IMG/VR virus record: IMGVR_UViG_3300029985_000017
Coordinates: 64,001 to 128,000 of that record
DNA length: 64,000 nt
Reading direction: 5' to 3' (one strand)
Origin: a virus
In this document: positions 47,801-57,270 of the stretch, piece after piece
Numbering within the stretch: position 1 is the stretch's first letter
Layout: every line of letters starts with the position of its first letter
Made by a program: the position numbers and the translations under genes
Notes under the pieces: generated by a model
Told to the model about the DNA's origin: nothing
The model's input: the letters and a program-made list of their open reading frames with translations, nothing else
Databases searched by the model: none

Positions 47801-50361
47801 TAACTACTTTGATTTGTTTGTCCAGCTGTAAAATTCAACAGCTGTCCAACTTCATCAAAAGTAATGACTGTTATAGCACCACTAGTATTAATGGTATTGG
47901 TTTTAATGGCTAAGTATTCTTCTATAACAACTGAAAAAGTAAGAGAATCTGTTTGAGCTTGTAGATAAATAGAAATGGCATCTAGAGTTTGTATGCCAGT
48001 AGGGACGTTAAATTTTTGAGGAGCATCAGCCATTCTAGCAACTATAAAACTCGCTTCTTTAATTACAACATCAGATTGTGGTGCAACAGCTGCGGCTTCT
48101 GCTGGAGTAACCAAAATATTTAGGGTATCTTTAGTTGTAGTGGTGGTAGTAATTGAATGAACTCTGCCCTCAAGTCTATTGGTAGCATTAAGTTCTGGAG
48201 ACCATATAATTACATAGTCGCCTGGCAAAATATTAGAAAAGGCTGAAACAGTGTTACATGCATAACTAACTAAGCTACCAGAAACGCTAACGGTTATAAA
48301 GCTACCAGGAGTCGCACCAGTAGGAATAATAGCTACCGGTTCATCAATGGCTAACCAAACATATCCTTCTGATGGAAAATTGATAGATCCACCGCTAATC
48401 GCAGTACTAGTAATGGTTCCTTTTGTATTTTGAGTTCCGGCAGTTAGAGTGTCTCCGGCAACTAAAGGTACAGCAAGTTCAAATTGTGCAGTATTGCGAT
48501 CTAGAGTGTAATCTGAGGTGAGGCCCTTAGAAGACAAACCTTCAGCTGATGTAAACATTCCTTTAGTTACTAAGGTAGATGATGAGCTTATTACTACTTG
48601 AGCACGAGTTTCTGCTCCTAAATTACTTGTAAGTTCTATCTGTGAACCTGAAATAGTGGCCGTTATGCCTGTAATTTTGTTATTAAATACTTCTACCCAA
48701 GATTGTAGGGAGTTTGTAGGACTTACAGTAGAATATAGGCCTGTAGCTAGAAAATCAGAATTTAGAATGGTATAAGTAATCGAATTCGTTCCATCAACTG
48801 AAATGATTAGTGTATCGCCATTAGCAATACTGCTTGACCAATTGGCTTGTTGTGCTGAAAAAACAGAAGCTGTATCTCCATCTTCGCTTAGCAATTTACC
48901 GTCTTTGTAAAGTCTTAGGGTTTCATTAAGTGTAGTAGGGAATCCTAAATAATTATTGGCGTCTGTTAATGATGGAGAAGATGGCGTAGTTACTTGAATA
49001 GATTCATGAGTTTCTGCAATAGCGTTAAGTACCACATAGGTTCCGCCTCCAGAGGTTGAGGCTTGAAAATTTACTAAAGTGTCGGCATTAATACTTGCGC
49101 AAATTTCATAAGCTGTAGCTGCGCCTGGAGCTTGGAAATCAGAGTTTAGAAAAGCATGCTGGGTAGTAACACCGCCAACTGTAACGGCTAGTACATATCC
49201 ACCCTGAATTGCGAATGGAGATGCGTTTGTTGATTGAACAAAAGCTTTAGAAATTGGAGCTTGAGTGCCTCCAGTTGCCAATTGAAAGTACTGCTCTCCA
49301 CCAATAGCAGAATCTACGATATGCTCAATAGCAACTCCTGAAGTTTTAGCTTCATATGGAGTGGATCCACCGGTAGAAATGTAAATAGTTGATGTGCCGT
49401 TTAAATTATTAACTAAAATGTCAGAAGAAATAGTGGCAGCTTCATCAGTTGCTGTAGCTCCAATCAAAGAGTTTTCTAACGCTGTAGCCGTACCCAATCC
49501 AATAGAAGAGAGTTGGTTTTGAATTTGTGTTCTTAATTGATCGTCAGTAGTAGGATCTGTTCCTCCGCTAGTAGGCGAAGGATTTGTAACTGTAGCATTG
49601 GGAAAGGGGGAGCTAGCAAATTGTGTAATAGCTCCAATGGGTATATTGCTAGCTGAGCCTGGCAAAAGAGCTGTAATAGGCACATTAGTTACAGTATTAG
49701 CACCGTCTAAAAGAACTCCTTGCTGGGTTACCACGTATTGATTGTTAGGGGTTATTCCATTTGATGGGGAAAGTACGATTGTGTTTACAGGAACAATTCT
49801 ATTTCCGCCTTGACTAAGGATAATAGACTCATTGATATTATGAAATTTAGTAGTAGCAGAAGTTAAATTGAACTGATAATAATTTCCAATTGAAACTATA
49901 GAGGAATATCCAATTGGACCCTCACTATTATTGGTGCCCCTACCAAGATATATGTTTCCTGTAGCAGGAAATCCTATGTTAGAGCTAGCGTAAACTATAA
50001 TAGAACCTGCATTAGTTGCATTTTGGCCGGGATAAACGGAGGTAGAAACAACTTGGAAAGAGGTATCGGTTACAGTTATAGAACCAGTACTAACAGCTGA
50101 TTCTACAGGCGTAATCCCAAATTCTGCAGCGATTGCCTGCAAACTTGAGCCACTAGCGTATTGTAAACTTGAATTTAATAGTGTAGTAAATACATCCCCT
50201 GAAGCGCGGGCAATTGCTAAAGCTACAACTTGAAAAAAACTTAAATTGGCAGAGCCCACAAATGGTGAAGAAATTCCAGTACTTGTGGCATAACTGGATA
50301 GCATGTCCGAAGTAATCTGGGAATAACTCTCTGGTTGCGGAACTGTTGGTAGTGTAGCCAT
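44875..50361 (-). CDS. Very large baseplate J/gp6-like wedge protein (1828 aa)
   Basis: N-terminal J motifs (ASGSSL, STGSIT, ITALLPGSASN, GGTDPTTDDQLR) and C-terminal J motifs (VNSNPVGKSI..S.IV...VAGVVSV). Confidence 0.85.
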   Translation of the reverse strand: MATLPTVPQPESYSQITSDMLSSYATSTGISSPFVGSANLSFFQVVALAIARASGDVFTTLLNSSLQYASGSSLQAIAAEFGITPVESAVSTGSITVTDTSFQVVSTSVYPGQNATNAGSIIVYASSNIGFPATGNIYLGRGTNNSEGPIGYSSIVSIGNYYQFNLTSATTKFHNINESIILSQGGNRIVPVNTIVLSPSNGITPNNQYVVTQQGVLLDGANTVTNVPITALLPGSASNIPIGAITQFASSPFPNATVTNPSPTSGGTDPTTDDQLRTQIQNQLSSIGLGTATALENSLIGATATDEAATISSDILVNNLNGTSTIYISTGGSTPYEAKTSGVAIEHIVDSAIGGEQYFQLATGGTQAPISKAFVQSTNASPFAIQGGYVLAVTVGGVTTQHAFLNSDFQAPGAATAYEICASINADTLVNFQASTSGGGTYVVLNAIAETHESIQVTTPSSPSLTDANNYLGFPTTLNETLRLYKDGKLLSEDGDTASVFSAQQANWSSSIANGDTLIISVDGTNSITYTILNSDFLATGLYSTVSPTNSLQSWVEVFNNKITGITATISGSQIELTSNLGAETRAQVVISSSSTLVTKGMFTSAEGLSSKGLTSDYTLDRNTAQFELAVPLVAGDTLTAGTQNTKGTITSTAISGGSINFPSEGYVWLAIDEPVAIIPTGATPGSFITVSVSGSLVSYACNTVSAFSNILPGDYVIIWSPELNATNRLEGRVHSITTTTTTKDTLNILVTPAEAAAVAPQSDVVIKEASFIVARMADAPQKFNVPTGIQTLDAISIYLQAQTDSLTFSVVIEEYLAIKTNTINTSGAITVITFDEVGQLLNFTAGQTNQSSYPILAHQDTASAYLPSFFHSTISSGTHAFPPDTFVSSFNSTISLVGREPDEIITFINPYGGIDDEQPANEVVQETTVAATVVGITQDPDVRRLRTNDRFFTSSPLSFGAKDTLVAIIDNNPVNNTFQVPLYRHALTNATYGVNSNDFNAYDTDLAPTGSFVTSFGSTFSFNNYKVLMQAKKTLSSTTSQSSILYRSVVWGSSGQQTIISYVYSPSASALNYSVTVGNTVNLTITIPPATTATTVAAYVNANLSSYISATVVNDGSGGTPGTGIITASTNTQLVDGVNWLLSSNISGSPQFVLKNPLALPSDVGYSFNNGEPLIFSPTTIDQVNKFINTQAVTGLSTASVINTANRDSELEISSETYGSAGYIEVVGGAANGYSFPVIDSALNINNQYAAISASTIASSNVISGQWFYLQAANVQQKQTELGDNTNVVFTPNSPSAGLSTVTLSNGLSTQRYFGTPRAISGLSSLTFRVEAQGELVCFSYVNSTSSPQYLTQSINFASTTGDTVSIGLVSETNDSIYTVLSGTTNFSGVPIGNLVTIMVTGSPANSGTFMVTGSTATTLQVTNVNATTVASFAVTAGSTFLASTGVQEGDSVIIGAPFSAPNQGTYRVIRTFNDSFWIKNTDYIEEEKTLTSSSLTFYEYEATIPGDVLVLSSTAFGAANAGSYTITQVPNQNQIVINGVLSTVYIFTVTAANATTGATYTNNGQLFTVSSTISGGTTLSTTGNGNPLSSGTLTLTSGIGDATITFSAYSTPSFNLNGLLSSIYVDEGVAYTGYKHVYLVGPQPGTTNLNEILFDTYQQYEKINQAAGVEVTALNKLNFPTTINEGLDGYKYNTGLIQEANRIIYGDPTDPLTFPGVAAAGSDIFVDVPLPLVVTLAIDVRLQTGAPFSSVAQQIQSNVAALVNSNPVGKSIAISSIVAVCTTVAGVVSVAISSPLYSPTHDLIAVQPNEQTYVLQPSNISVSLIS

Positions 50362-50402
50362 TTTATTTTATACCTTTATACTTTTATATCACAACTCTAT
50401 AT

Positions 50403-53054
50403 TTATGCTGCTAACTCAAAATTAACAGGGAAAACTCCGGTTTGGCCTGCAATTTGCACGCCCACGCTAATGGTTAAAGTCGGCGGAGTTGCAGCAATTT
50501 GCAAACCTGTAACACCATCAAATCTAGGGTCAGCCTGAATTTGCATATTGATTTGTTTAGCTAAATCTTGTATATTAAGATCGGCGACACTGGTTCCAGG
50601 AATAACTCCTAGACCATATTGTGGCTCCAACATAAAACTATTAATCGTAGTAGTAAATAAAATTCTAAGAGCCTGTACAATATTGGTCATTCCATAGGAC
50701 AATAAAAAATTACCGTATTGGTCTATAATAATATCACCATTATCATCTAATAGCCAATCTACGCCTGAAATATCTGCCAAAGGATCTCCGCTTAAGCTAA
50801 CTAAAGGAGGTAATGGAATATTAACTTGTCCTTGTAATTGAGCTACTGGTAAATCGCTTGGAATATAAATTTTTTGCATTGCATTTACTGTATTAGGAAG
50901 ATAGGCCTGTATATATGCTTTGTTCGCTGTAGTAAAATTGCCAAGATTTGGTTCGCCATCTAAAGTGATAAGATACCCACCATTATTTGGCAATGGAGTA
51001 ATATTAGTAATACTTCTTGATTGTTGGATTTGTCCTGCAGCCATAAAAGTAACGGTTTGGCCTAAATATAAATCCACATTACTTGTAACAACGGCCTGTC
51101 TACCAATTGCATTGGTCACTAACGGCAATTGGAAGCCCAGGTAATCTAAGTATGGTTCTTCAAGGCTATTCAAAGTGGCTATTTCTAACCAACGATTAGG
51201 ATCTCCTAAGTAACGGGCTGCGATACCTTCTATGGTAGTATTAAAAGGTACGGGCACTATAATTTTACTAGTAGGAACATCGAATGGTATTCCTGATTGG
51301 GTGGCCAATCCAGCCACATAATCTAAAGAACTTTGAATGTTGAGGTCGGTAATTTGCGTGGTGGCAGTTAAAATGTTTACAGATTGAATAAACTCATATA
51401 AAGTATCTAAAATCAAAAATTGAGGTATACTCATTGGCTGATTGCGTACTGGAGGGGGTGTTAAATTGTAAAGTTCATTGTATAGCGGGGCTCCTGCACC
51501 AAAATATCCTTCTAGTTGGACCGCTAGAGATAAAATTGAGTTCGCATTATTTTTAAGTTGTTGTACAGTCAAAGTAGTATTGTTGAGAATGTTGTTCAGC
51601 TTATTTTGTTGAGCAGTATTTAAAACTAACTGACTTGTAGGGACTTGGTCCATTAAATCTACGAAGGCGTTAGGGTTATTAAAAATATTTGCAGCAGGAT
51701 TGGTCTGTTGCGCATTAGCTACACTATTACCCAGTTGGCCATTAGATGCGGCGGTTTGACTAATACCATTTCTAGCAGTTTGCGCCGCAGCTATAGCCGC
51801 GACAGCTGCAACTCCAGCAGTGGTTGTAACAGCGGTAGCTATAGCATTAGAATTTATAGAGGCATAATTTTGTATTGCAGAACTAAAATCTTTTTGAATA
51901 GACGCGGGAAGATCCGAAGCTGCGGTCCCAACTCCCATTAGGTCTTTAACGAATAAAGCTGTTTGACTAAGAACATTAAAGACGCCATTTACATCTGAAG
52001 TAACCGCACCAATTACGGCGATTGCAGAGCTACAAGTTAAGCGCGCTTCTGTTATACCATTCAAAATTCTTTGCAGAATTCCTGGCGTGATTTTATAAAC
52101 ATTTGCTGGAACAACTTTGCTGGATTCGCTTAGAGTAATCCTCCTCCAAGCCTTAAATTGCAACTGATACATTATTTCCATCGGCTTTTGTGCCGATTGC
52201 TGCCAAACATACTGCATTGGAGTTACGACATAGGAGGTATTTTGTTTTGGAATATCAAAAACTAAACGCCATCCGGCATTATCGGGATTTTTCTTAGCTT
52301 CAGCATACTGCTCAATAAACTGCTGAAGATACAAAGCCTGATAGTAGCCAGTACTAGTTGGACCAAAAGTAGCGCCAGCGCTAGTTGGACCAATAGTATT
52401 GGGCTTTTGATTTGGATTATTAGTTGTAAAAGTATTAACAGTGGTGGCTACCTGATTGATTAGACCCGTAATAGCCGTTAAAGTGCCCCCAAATACTGAT
52501 TGTAAGATGGAGGGGCTTCCTGGAGGCTTTGAGACGCTCTCTCTATAAGGCCAAACACCCATAGATCCTGAGGCGTTAATTAATTTAAACTTAATCCCAT
52601 TATGTTCTTCTAAAACACCCCTTAAAGTAGCCGAAGTATTAATAGCATATTGATCAGTAATACTAAGCTGTTGAGGTGTAATGGGAAGATTAAATTCCCA
52701 TTTAGTCGTCGTAAGAGCATTGAAAGTTAAAGTGGGCGTACCCTGTTGAACGCCCGTCACAGTGCCTTTATAATCTCCAAAACCGCTTACAATACTGTTA
52801 TTATTGGTCACATCTATTACAACTAATCTGTAAGGAAACAGCTGGTTCCAGCGAGAAGCGTCTAAAGCTATAGGAGGATAAAAGGCACTTAGATAGTTCG
52901 CTCCCGCTTGTGGATCCCAAGGAGTGACTAAAGGTGTATTGGCGATCGAAGCATTGCCCGAATTAAGTCCAAAGGCTGCCGCAGCTGCATTACTAAGGCC
53001 GCTGATAGCACTTCCAATGCCTAAATTACCGGTACCGTTAGAAAATACATCCAT
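50403..53054 (-). CDS. Baseplate fusion protein: tube-initiator-like + LysM-like + gp25-like
   Basis: N-terminal LPITPQQLSI, central TIEGIAARYLGDPNRWLEIATLN, C-terminal NIVQAL...PQYGLG...ADPRF. Confidence 0.7.
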   Translation of the reverse strand: MDVFSNGTGNLGIGSAISGLSNAAAAAFGLNSGNASIANTPLVTPWDPQAGANYLSAFYPPIALDASRWNQLFPYRLVVIDVTNNNSIVSGFGDYKGTVTGVQQGTPTLTFNALTTTKWEFNLPITPQQLSITDQYAINTSATLRGVLEEHNGIKFKLINASGSMGVWPYRESVSKPPGSPSILQSVFGGTLTAITGLINQVATTVNTFTTNNPNQKPNTIGPTSAGATFGPTSTGYYQALYLQQFIEQYAEAKKNPDNAGWRLVFDIPKQNTSYVVTPMQYVWQQSAQKPMEIMYQLQFKAWRRITLSESSKVVPANVYKITPGILQRILNGITEARLTCSSAIAVIGAVTSDVNGVFNVLSQTALFVKDLMGVGTAASDLPASIQKDFSSAIQNYASINSNAIATAVTTTAGVAAVAAIAAAQTARNGISQTAASNGQLGNSVANAQQTNPAANIFNNPNAFVDLMDQVPTSQLVLNTAQQNKLNNILNNTTLTVQQLKNNANSILSLAVQLEGYFGAGAPLYNELYNLTPPPVRNQPMSIPQFLILDTLYEFIQSVNILTATTQITDLNIQSSLDYVAGLATQSGIPFDVPTSKIIVPVPFNTTIEGIAARYLGDPNRWLEIATLNSLEEPYLDYLGFQLPLVTNAIGRQAVVTSNVDLYLGQTVTFMAAGQIQQSRSITNITPLPNNGGYLITLDGEPNLGNFTTANKAYIQAYLPNTVNAMQKIYIPSDLPVAQLQGQVNIPLPPLVSLSGDPLADISGVDWLLDDNGDIIIDQYGNFLLSYGMTNIVQALRILFTTTINSFMLEPQYGLGVIPGTSVADLNIQDLAKQINMQIQADPRFDGVTGLQIAATPPTLTISVGVQIAGQTGVFPVNFELAA

Positions 53055-53059
53055 TGAGT

Positions 53060-53085
53060 TAAAGATTACAGTTACAAGTATATCT
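53060..53085 (-). promoter_or_regulatory. Putative late promoter (AGATATA...AATCTTTA)
   Basis: The - strand reads AGATATActtgtaactgtAATCTTTA, 5 nt before the ATG of the 883-aa gene. Confidence 0.5.
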
Positions 53086-53136
53086 TATTTATAAAGATAA
53101 GTCCCTGATTTTATTAGTCAATATAGATATCTATGA

Positions 53137-53964
53137 TTATCTTACTTCTATTCCTAGTTCTTTTAACTTATTTCTATCCCAAAGCTCGGAGTTTGGGTGT
53201 ATAGATTTAAACCAATCCCATTTAATTTGTGCATCTGGGCGCATCAAACCCTTTATTTCTACCCATAAATTACAGTCCGGAAGAAATAGGTCTGGTCTGT
53301 AGCTAGTTGACTTCCCAGTAGGATTACATATAACGTCAGTGGGTATTTCAAAAGTTTTTGGTTGCCACTCAAAATTAATTTTATGGAAATTTAGATAATC
53401 TACAGTTTTCGCCTCATAAGATCCTTGACAAACGAGTTCTTCATTTGTTTTCCAGTGGAACTTAACTGTTGATTTATTGGATGATTTAGCCACTTTTAAA
53501 GAAATGCCTGTGTTTTTGTTGGGGTTACAGAAACCGTATCTTTCTATGCAAGTTTCCCTTATTTTCTCTTTAACTTCTTCGCTTTGAAAAGGATTTTCTA
53601 CTCCCCGCTTATTCAGACATGTTTTTTTCTTTTTTTCTTTTATAAGTTCATTTTGACCTGGATAATCTACCCCATAATTTTTATTTGAAGTTATTTTTTT
53701 CTTATTCTTGATTTCTGAAGATTGAGAAACGTTTTCGACACCATACACCTTTAATGTAGTTTGTTTTCTCTTTAAAATAGCTCTAGTAGGATGGCTGCCA
53801 CCCTTCAACACACTTTTCACGACAGCTTCCCAGCTTCCAAAAATATTGTCCATAAAAATAGCAGATCTACGACTAGAAATATAACTTTCTTTCATTATTG
53901 TTACGGTATCGCCATGAACTAATTTTAGTCTAGTTTCTACCTGTTTTATTGTAAGCTTTCTCAT
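53137..53964 (-). CDS. Putative homing endonuclease (PD-(D/E)xK nuclease with YGV-N repeats)
   Basis: Repeated K.T.L..YGVEN..Q..E.K units, GSYE, and YRPDLF...WVEIKG. Confidence 0.8.
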   Translation of the reverse strand: MRKLTIKQVETRLKLVHGDTVTIMKESYISSRRSAIFMDNIFGSWEAVVKSVLKGGSHPTRAILKRKQTTLKVYGVENVSQSSEIKNKKKITSNKNYGVDYPGQNELIKEKKKKTCLNKRGVENPFQSEEVKEKIRETCIERYGFCNPNKNTGISLKVAKSSNKSTVKFHWKTNEELVCQGSYEAKTVDYLNFHKINFEWQPKTFEIPTDVICNPTGKSTSYRPDLFLPDCNLWVEIKGLMRPDAQIKWDWFKSIHPNSELWDRNKLKELGIEVR

Positions 53965-53971
53965 AATCTAT

Positions 53972-53999
53972 AGTTTACACAAATGGATAGATTTGTCAA
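53972..53999 (-). promoter_or_regulatory. sigma70-type promoter, probably leaderless
   Basis: TTGACA-16-TAAACT, with the ATG 7 nt downstream. Confidence 0.5.
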
Positions 54000-54063
54000 T
54001 AAAAATGTTTCCTACTCTATATTTTATAAATAGCGATTTTATAGTTATGATATAAATAAGGGT

Positions 54064-54627
54064 ATGAGAACAAAAACTAAGACTTTACTACTTGTTTTTA
54101 TTGGACTTTTCTTTTGTGCTAAGATAATGTCTTGCTCTTCAGTTCATATAAAGCCCGCTCCTGAGTATAAAGGGGTCGATCCTAAACTTCAATCACTAGT
54201 AGATGAATATAAAGAATTAGCAAAATTTCAAAATATAACTTTCAAACATGAAGTGACTATGGGTTTTACGGATATAAATAACAATAATATCATAGGTTTA
54301 TGTACTTATGGTAGAGGGTGGAGAGAAATTGATATAGACGCTAATTACTATAACAATGCTACCTCTATATCTAAATTAGTCTTGATGTTCCATGAGTTGA
54401 GCCACTGCTATTGTGGGCGAGATCATGACTATGGTAATGGAATAAAATACAAAGATGCTAGCGAAATGCAAAAAGTAATAACTATCTTTGATACGGACAT
54501 GGATGGTTTCTATCCTGATTACTGTCCTTTAAGCTTGCTTTATCCCATAGTTGTAAGTAATATATGTCTAATGAGGCACTACGGGGACTATATTGTAGAA
54601 ATGTTTAATCGTTGCAATCCATATTAA
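54064..54627 (+). CDS. Putative lipoprotein zinc metallopeptidase
   Basis: Signal peptide with a lipobox-like IMSC, FHELSHCYCGRDH (HExxHxxxxxH variant), and several Cys residues. Confidence 0.7.
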   Translation: MRTKTKTLLLVFIGLFFCAKIMSCSSVHIKPAPEYKGVDPKLQSLVDEYKELAKFQNITFKHEVTMGFTDINNNNIIGLCTYGRGWREIDIDANYYNNATSISKLVLMFHELSHCYCGRDHDYGNGIKYKDASEMQKVITIFDTDMDGFYPDYCPLSLLYPIVVSNICLMRHYGDYIVEMFNRCNPY

Positions 54628-54628
54628 T

Positions 54629-54991
54629 ATGCTAACTTCAGAACAAGCTAAAAATATTATCTATGTCTATAGTTTCCTAATGGAAACTGAAACAAATGGT
54701 TGGGATAGATTGGACAATCATTTAGAAATGCTAGAATGGTTAGATGATTTGCAATTGTATAGAGAAGCCGAAGTACTCTATAGTTACCATAGAAATAAGA
54801 CTATGGGCTGTGGGAAAACTCATAAGCCTGGTGTTGGGTGCACCGTAAAATTTATTATGGAAGCAGTAGATTCTATTATACAACTTTACGAAGAAACAGA
54901 TAATCTACATCCAAAAAATAAGTATATACTTTCATACTATATAGCTTTATGTAAAGAAGGCCATATATGCGAAATGGAAGAACGTCACTGA
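54629..54991 (+). CDS. Hypothetical protein
   Basis: ORF immediately after the metallopeptidase gene. Confidence 0.6.
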   Translation: MLTSEQAKNIIYVYSFLMETETNGWDRLDNHLEMLEWLDDLQLYREAEVLYSYHRNKTMGCGKTHKPGVGCTVKFIMEAVDSIIQLYEETDNLHPKNKYILSYYIALCKEGHICEMEERH

Positions 54992-55236
54992 ACTCTAAAT
55001 GGCAATATTTTAAGATTAGTTAAACATTTCATAGCTATATCTCTTTGCTTACTAGTTCCATTTTTTAGGGTATGAGATATATTATCTAAAAGAGTACTAT
55101 AATATTTTTCTGCTTGTGATGCCGTAAAAGTATAAGTTCCATTTTTAATATACATATCATTAGCAATTAAAATATTATAGGAATTGGATTCCATTTTTTT
55201 AATTTCTTTTTCTGTAAGACTTTTTCTTTTGCTCAT
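54985..55236 (-). CDS. Hypothetical protein
   Basis: ATG 4 nt after the upstream stop codon. Confidence 0.55.
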   Translation of the reverse strand: MSKRKSLTEKEIKKMESNSYNILIANDMYIKNGTYTFTASQAEKYYSTLLDNISHTLKNGTSKQRDIAMKCLTNLKILPFRVQ

Positions 55237-55240
55237 AAAA

Positions 55241-55501
55241 TTATGATATGGTTCCCGTACCAACCCCAGTACCAGCGCTTGGACTTCCAGCCGATGCCGT
55301 TACAGGGATAATTACAACATCCGTAGTATTAACCACGGTATTGGCTACCAAAAAAGGAATTATGGCGTTGGCTATGCCTTGAGATAGGGCATCTATATAT
55401 TCTGGCGTGCCTATTAGACCACCAAATTTGGCCTCAACTGCAGCTGTAATGGCTGAGGTTAAAGATGCTGTTAAAACTGATTCTTGTCCCGTGATTGGCA
55501 T
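55241..55501 (-). CDS. Small virion protein, spike-tip-associated candidate
   Basis: AAGGAG RBS and C-terminal GTGVGTGTIS. Located after the spike gene. Confidence 0.55.
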   Translation of the reverse strand: MPITGQESVLTASLTSAITAAVEAKFGGLIGTPEYIDALSQGIANAIIPFLVANTVVNTTDVVIIPVTASAGSPSAGTGVGTGTIS

Positions 55502-56307
55502 AGCTTATCTCCTTTTTTTATATTTTCTGAGCCCCATAAAGGTTGTAAATTAGTGTAGTGACAAGCCTTTAAAAATTGATCCCTATCTGTTAAATCAAAA
55601 CTTGACAATGGAATAATATGGTCTATATGCCACTTACCATCACCTCTTCCCCAATTCCCCCACGTCATCTGGGGTTGAAAAAGAGATTCTAGATGTAATT
55701 TTAATTCTTCTATGGAACAACCCAAATCGGAAACTGCAGAACCGCCTTTTTGTCCATTTTTAATGGCTTGATTTAGCCTTGTTCTAAGATTTCCTGATAG
55801 TTTATGGTTTAAATCTGTTTCTCTAAGAAGTTTTTCGTACTCACGTCTTTCTTTTCTATGTGTTCTCTGATAGGCTCTTTTCTGTTCATTCAATTCTTCT
55901 CTATGTTTTTCTTGATATACTCTATCGTATTCTGCTTTCTCATCTTTACGATTATCAGAATAAATCTTACGTTTGATCGCTATTTCTTCTTTATTTTCTT
56001 CGCGATATATTTTATCGTATTCAGCTTTTTGCTCTTTGGTAGCATCTCTATAAATCTTTGATTTTACTGAAATGACTTCTTTATTTTCTTCGTAATAATC
56101 TTTTTTATCTTTAGTTAATTTTTCTTTATTGTTTTCTCGCCATTCGCGCTGTCTAATGCGTATCTTTTCCTTGTTTTTTAAAACATATTCTTTTATGCAG
56201 TCTTTGCACTGACTACTCAGGCCGCTTTTGGCTCTCTTGTCTTTATCAAATTGAGTTGAGTCTTTTTCAATTTTGCATTTAGAGCATGGTTTCATAATTG
56301 TGACCAT
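55471..56307 (-). CDS. Free-standing HNH homing endonuclease
   Basis: N-terminal CxxC...CxxC, 15-aa charged repeats, LGCS and WHIDHIIP...HYTNLQPLW..N..K. Confidence 0.9.
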   Translation of the reverse strand: MVTIMKPCSKCKIEKDSTQFDKDKRAKSGLSSQCKDCIKEYVLKNKEKIRIRQREWRENNKEKLTKDKKDYYEENKEVISVKSKIYRDATKEQKAEYDKIYREENKEEIAIKRKIYSDNRKDEKAEYDRVYQEKHREELNEQKRAYQRTHRKERREYEKLLRETDLNHKLSGNLRTRLNQAIKNGQKGGSAVSDLGCSIEELKLHLESLFQPQMTWGNWGRGDGKWHIDHIIPLSSFDLTDRDQFLKACHYTNLQPLWGSENIKKGDKLCQSRDKNQF

Positions 56308-56310
56308 AAA

Positions 56311-57270
56311 TTATTTTGTGAACACTAGGGTGCTTAAAGACGAGTCCATTGGTTCCAAAGGGGGGCTAGTGGGTAGTCCCAAATTCCCGTAATGTACGTG
56401 ATTATCAAAAATTAAAGCAAAATCGTTGCCTCTAATAACAGATTGCACAGCATCAACACCCAACTTAATGGTGCTCCCATCTACAGTAGTAGTTCCCTGT
56501 GCAATTATGTTTGCAGTTCCTTGGGTATTTATATTTGTGTCGCCTTGCGTAGTAATATTGGTATTACCCTGAATATTTACAGTCCAATTACCGCTAGTAG
56601 CCATGTTTATTTCTTTAGCGGTATTATCTATCTTAACTGTAGCGGTATTATTGGTTACACTAAATGTTCCATCAGTTCCTATAGCTAAAATAGTTGTTCC
56701 ATTTGAAGAATCTATTACATCGCCATTATTGTCTGTGGCGCTATTCCAAGTAAGGGAGGTAGATCCGTCAGCCAAAATATTTACTGCAACTCCATTATAC
56801 TCTCCAAAAAGCATTGGGGCTGTGGAAGTAAGGTTGGTGGGGCGATCTGGATGGTTAAGACCTCCAAGAATAACACCTTTCCCCATTGTGGAATCTATAC
56901 ACAATACTAATACGGTTGCTCCATTTTGTCCTTTAGTTAAGGGAAGAGCCTGATTTTCAGTTTGAGTTTGAACCCTAAAATTCTTTTCAAAATAATCTGC
57001 AATAGAACCCAATCCATCTACAGAGAGACAGTTTTTATAGGTTATTGGAGCCATACCTCTATTCATATCCTGTTCTATAACATCCACATCGTATTCTGTG
57101 GATAATTTACTTATATTGCCTGGATCATTTACGGAATAAATCTGTGTAACAATACCAAACCTTAGGGCCGTATTAGAATAAGTCTTATTTAGCCCACGAT
57201 TAAAGTCTGATGGGTCACATGAAAGCAGACCATGGGGCATTACCGTTCCATTATCTAAGAAATTATTCAT
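56311..57270 (-). CDS. Baseplate central spike (gpV/gp5-like)
   Basis: OB-like N-terminus, beta-helix repeats (NIQGNTNITTQGDTNINTQG) and a C-terminal metal-binding HVH. Confidence 0.8.
   Translation of the reverse strand: MNNFLDNGTVMPHGLLSCDPSDFNRGLNKTYSNTALRFGIVTQIYSVNDPGNISKLSTEYDVDVIEQDMNRGMAPITYKNCLSVDGLGSIADYFEKNFRVQTQTENQALPLTKGQNGATVLVLCIDSTMGKGVILGGLNHPDRPTNLTSTAPMLFGEYNGVAVNILADGSTSLTWNSATDNNGDVIDSSNGTTILAIGTDGTFSVTNNTATVKIDNTAKEINMATSGNWTVNIQGNTNITTQGDTNINTQGTANIIAQGTTTVDGSTIKLGVDAVQSVIRGNDFALIFDNHVHYGNLGLPTSPPLEPMDSSLSTLVFTK

Noticed and set aside
53965-54063. AT-rich gap as a replication origin
   Set aside because: It is explained by divergent promoters and has no iterons.
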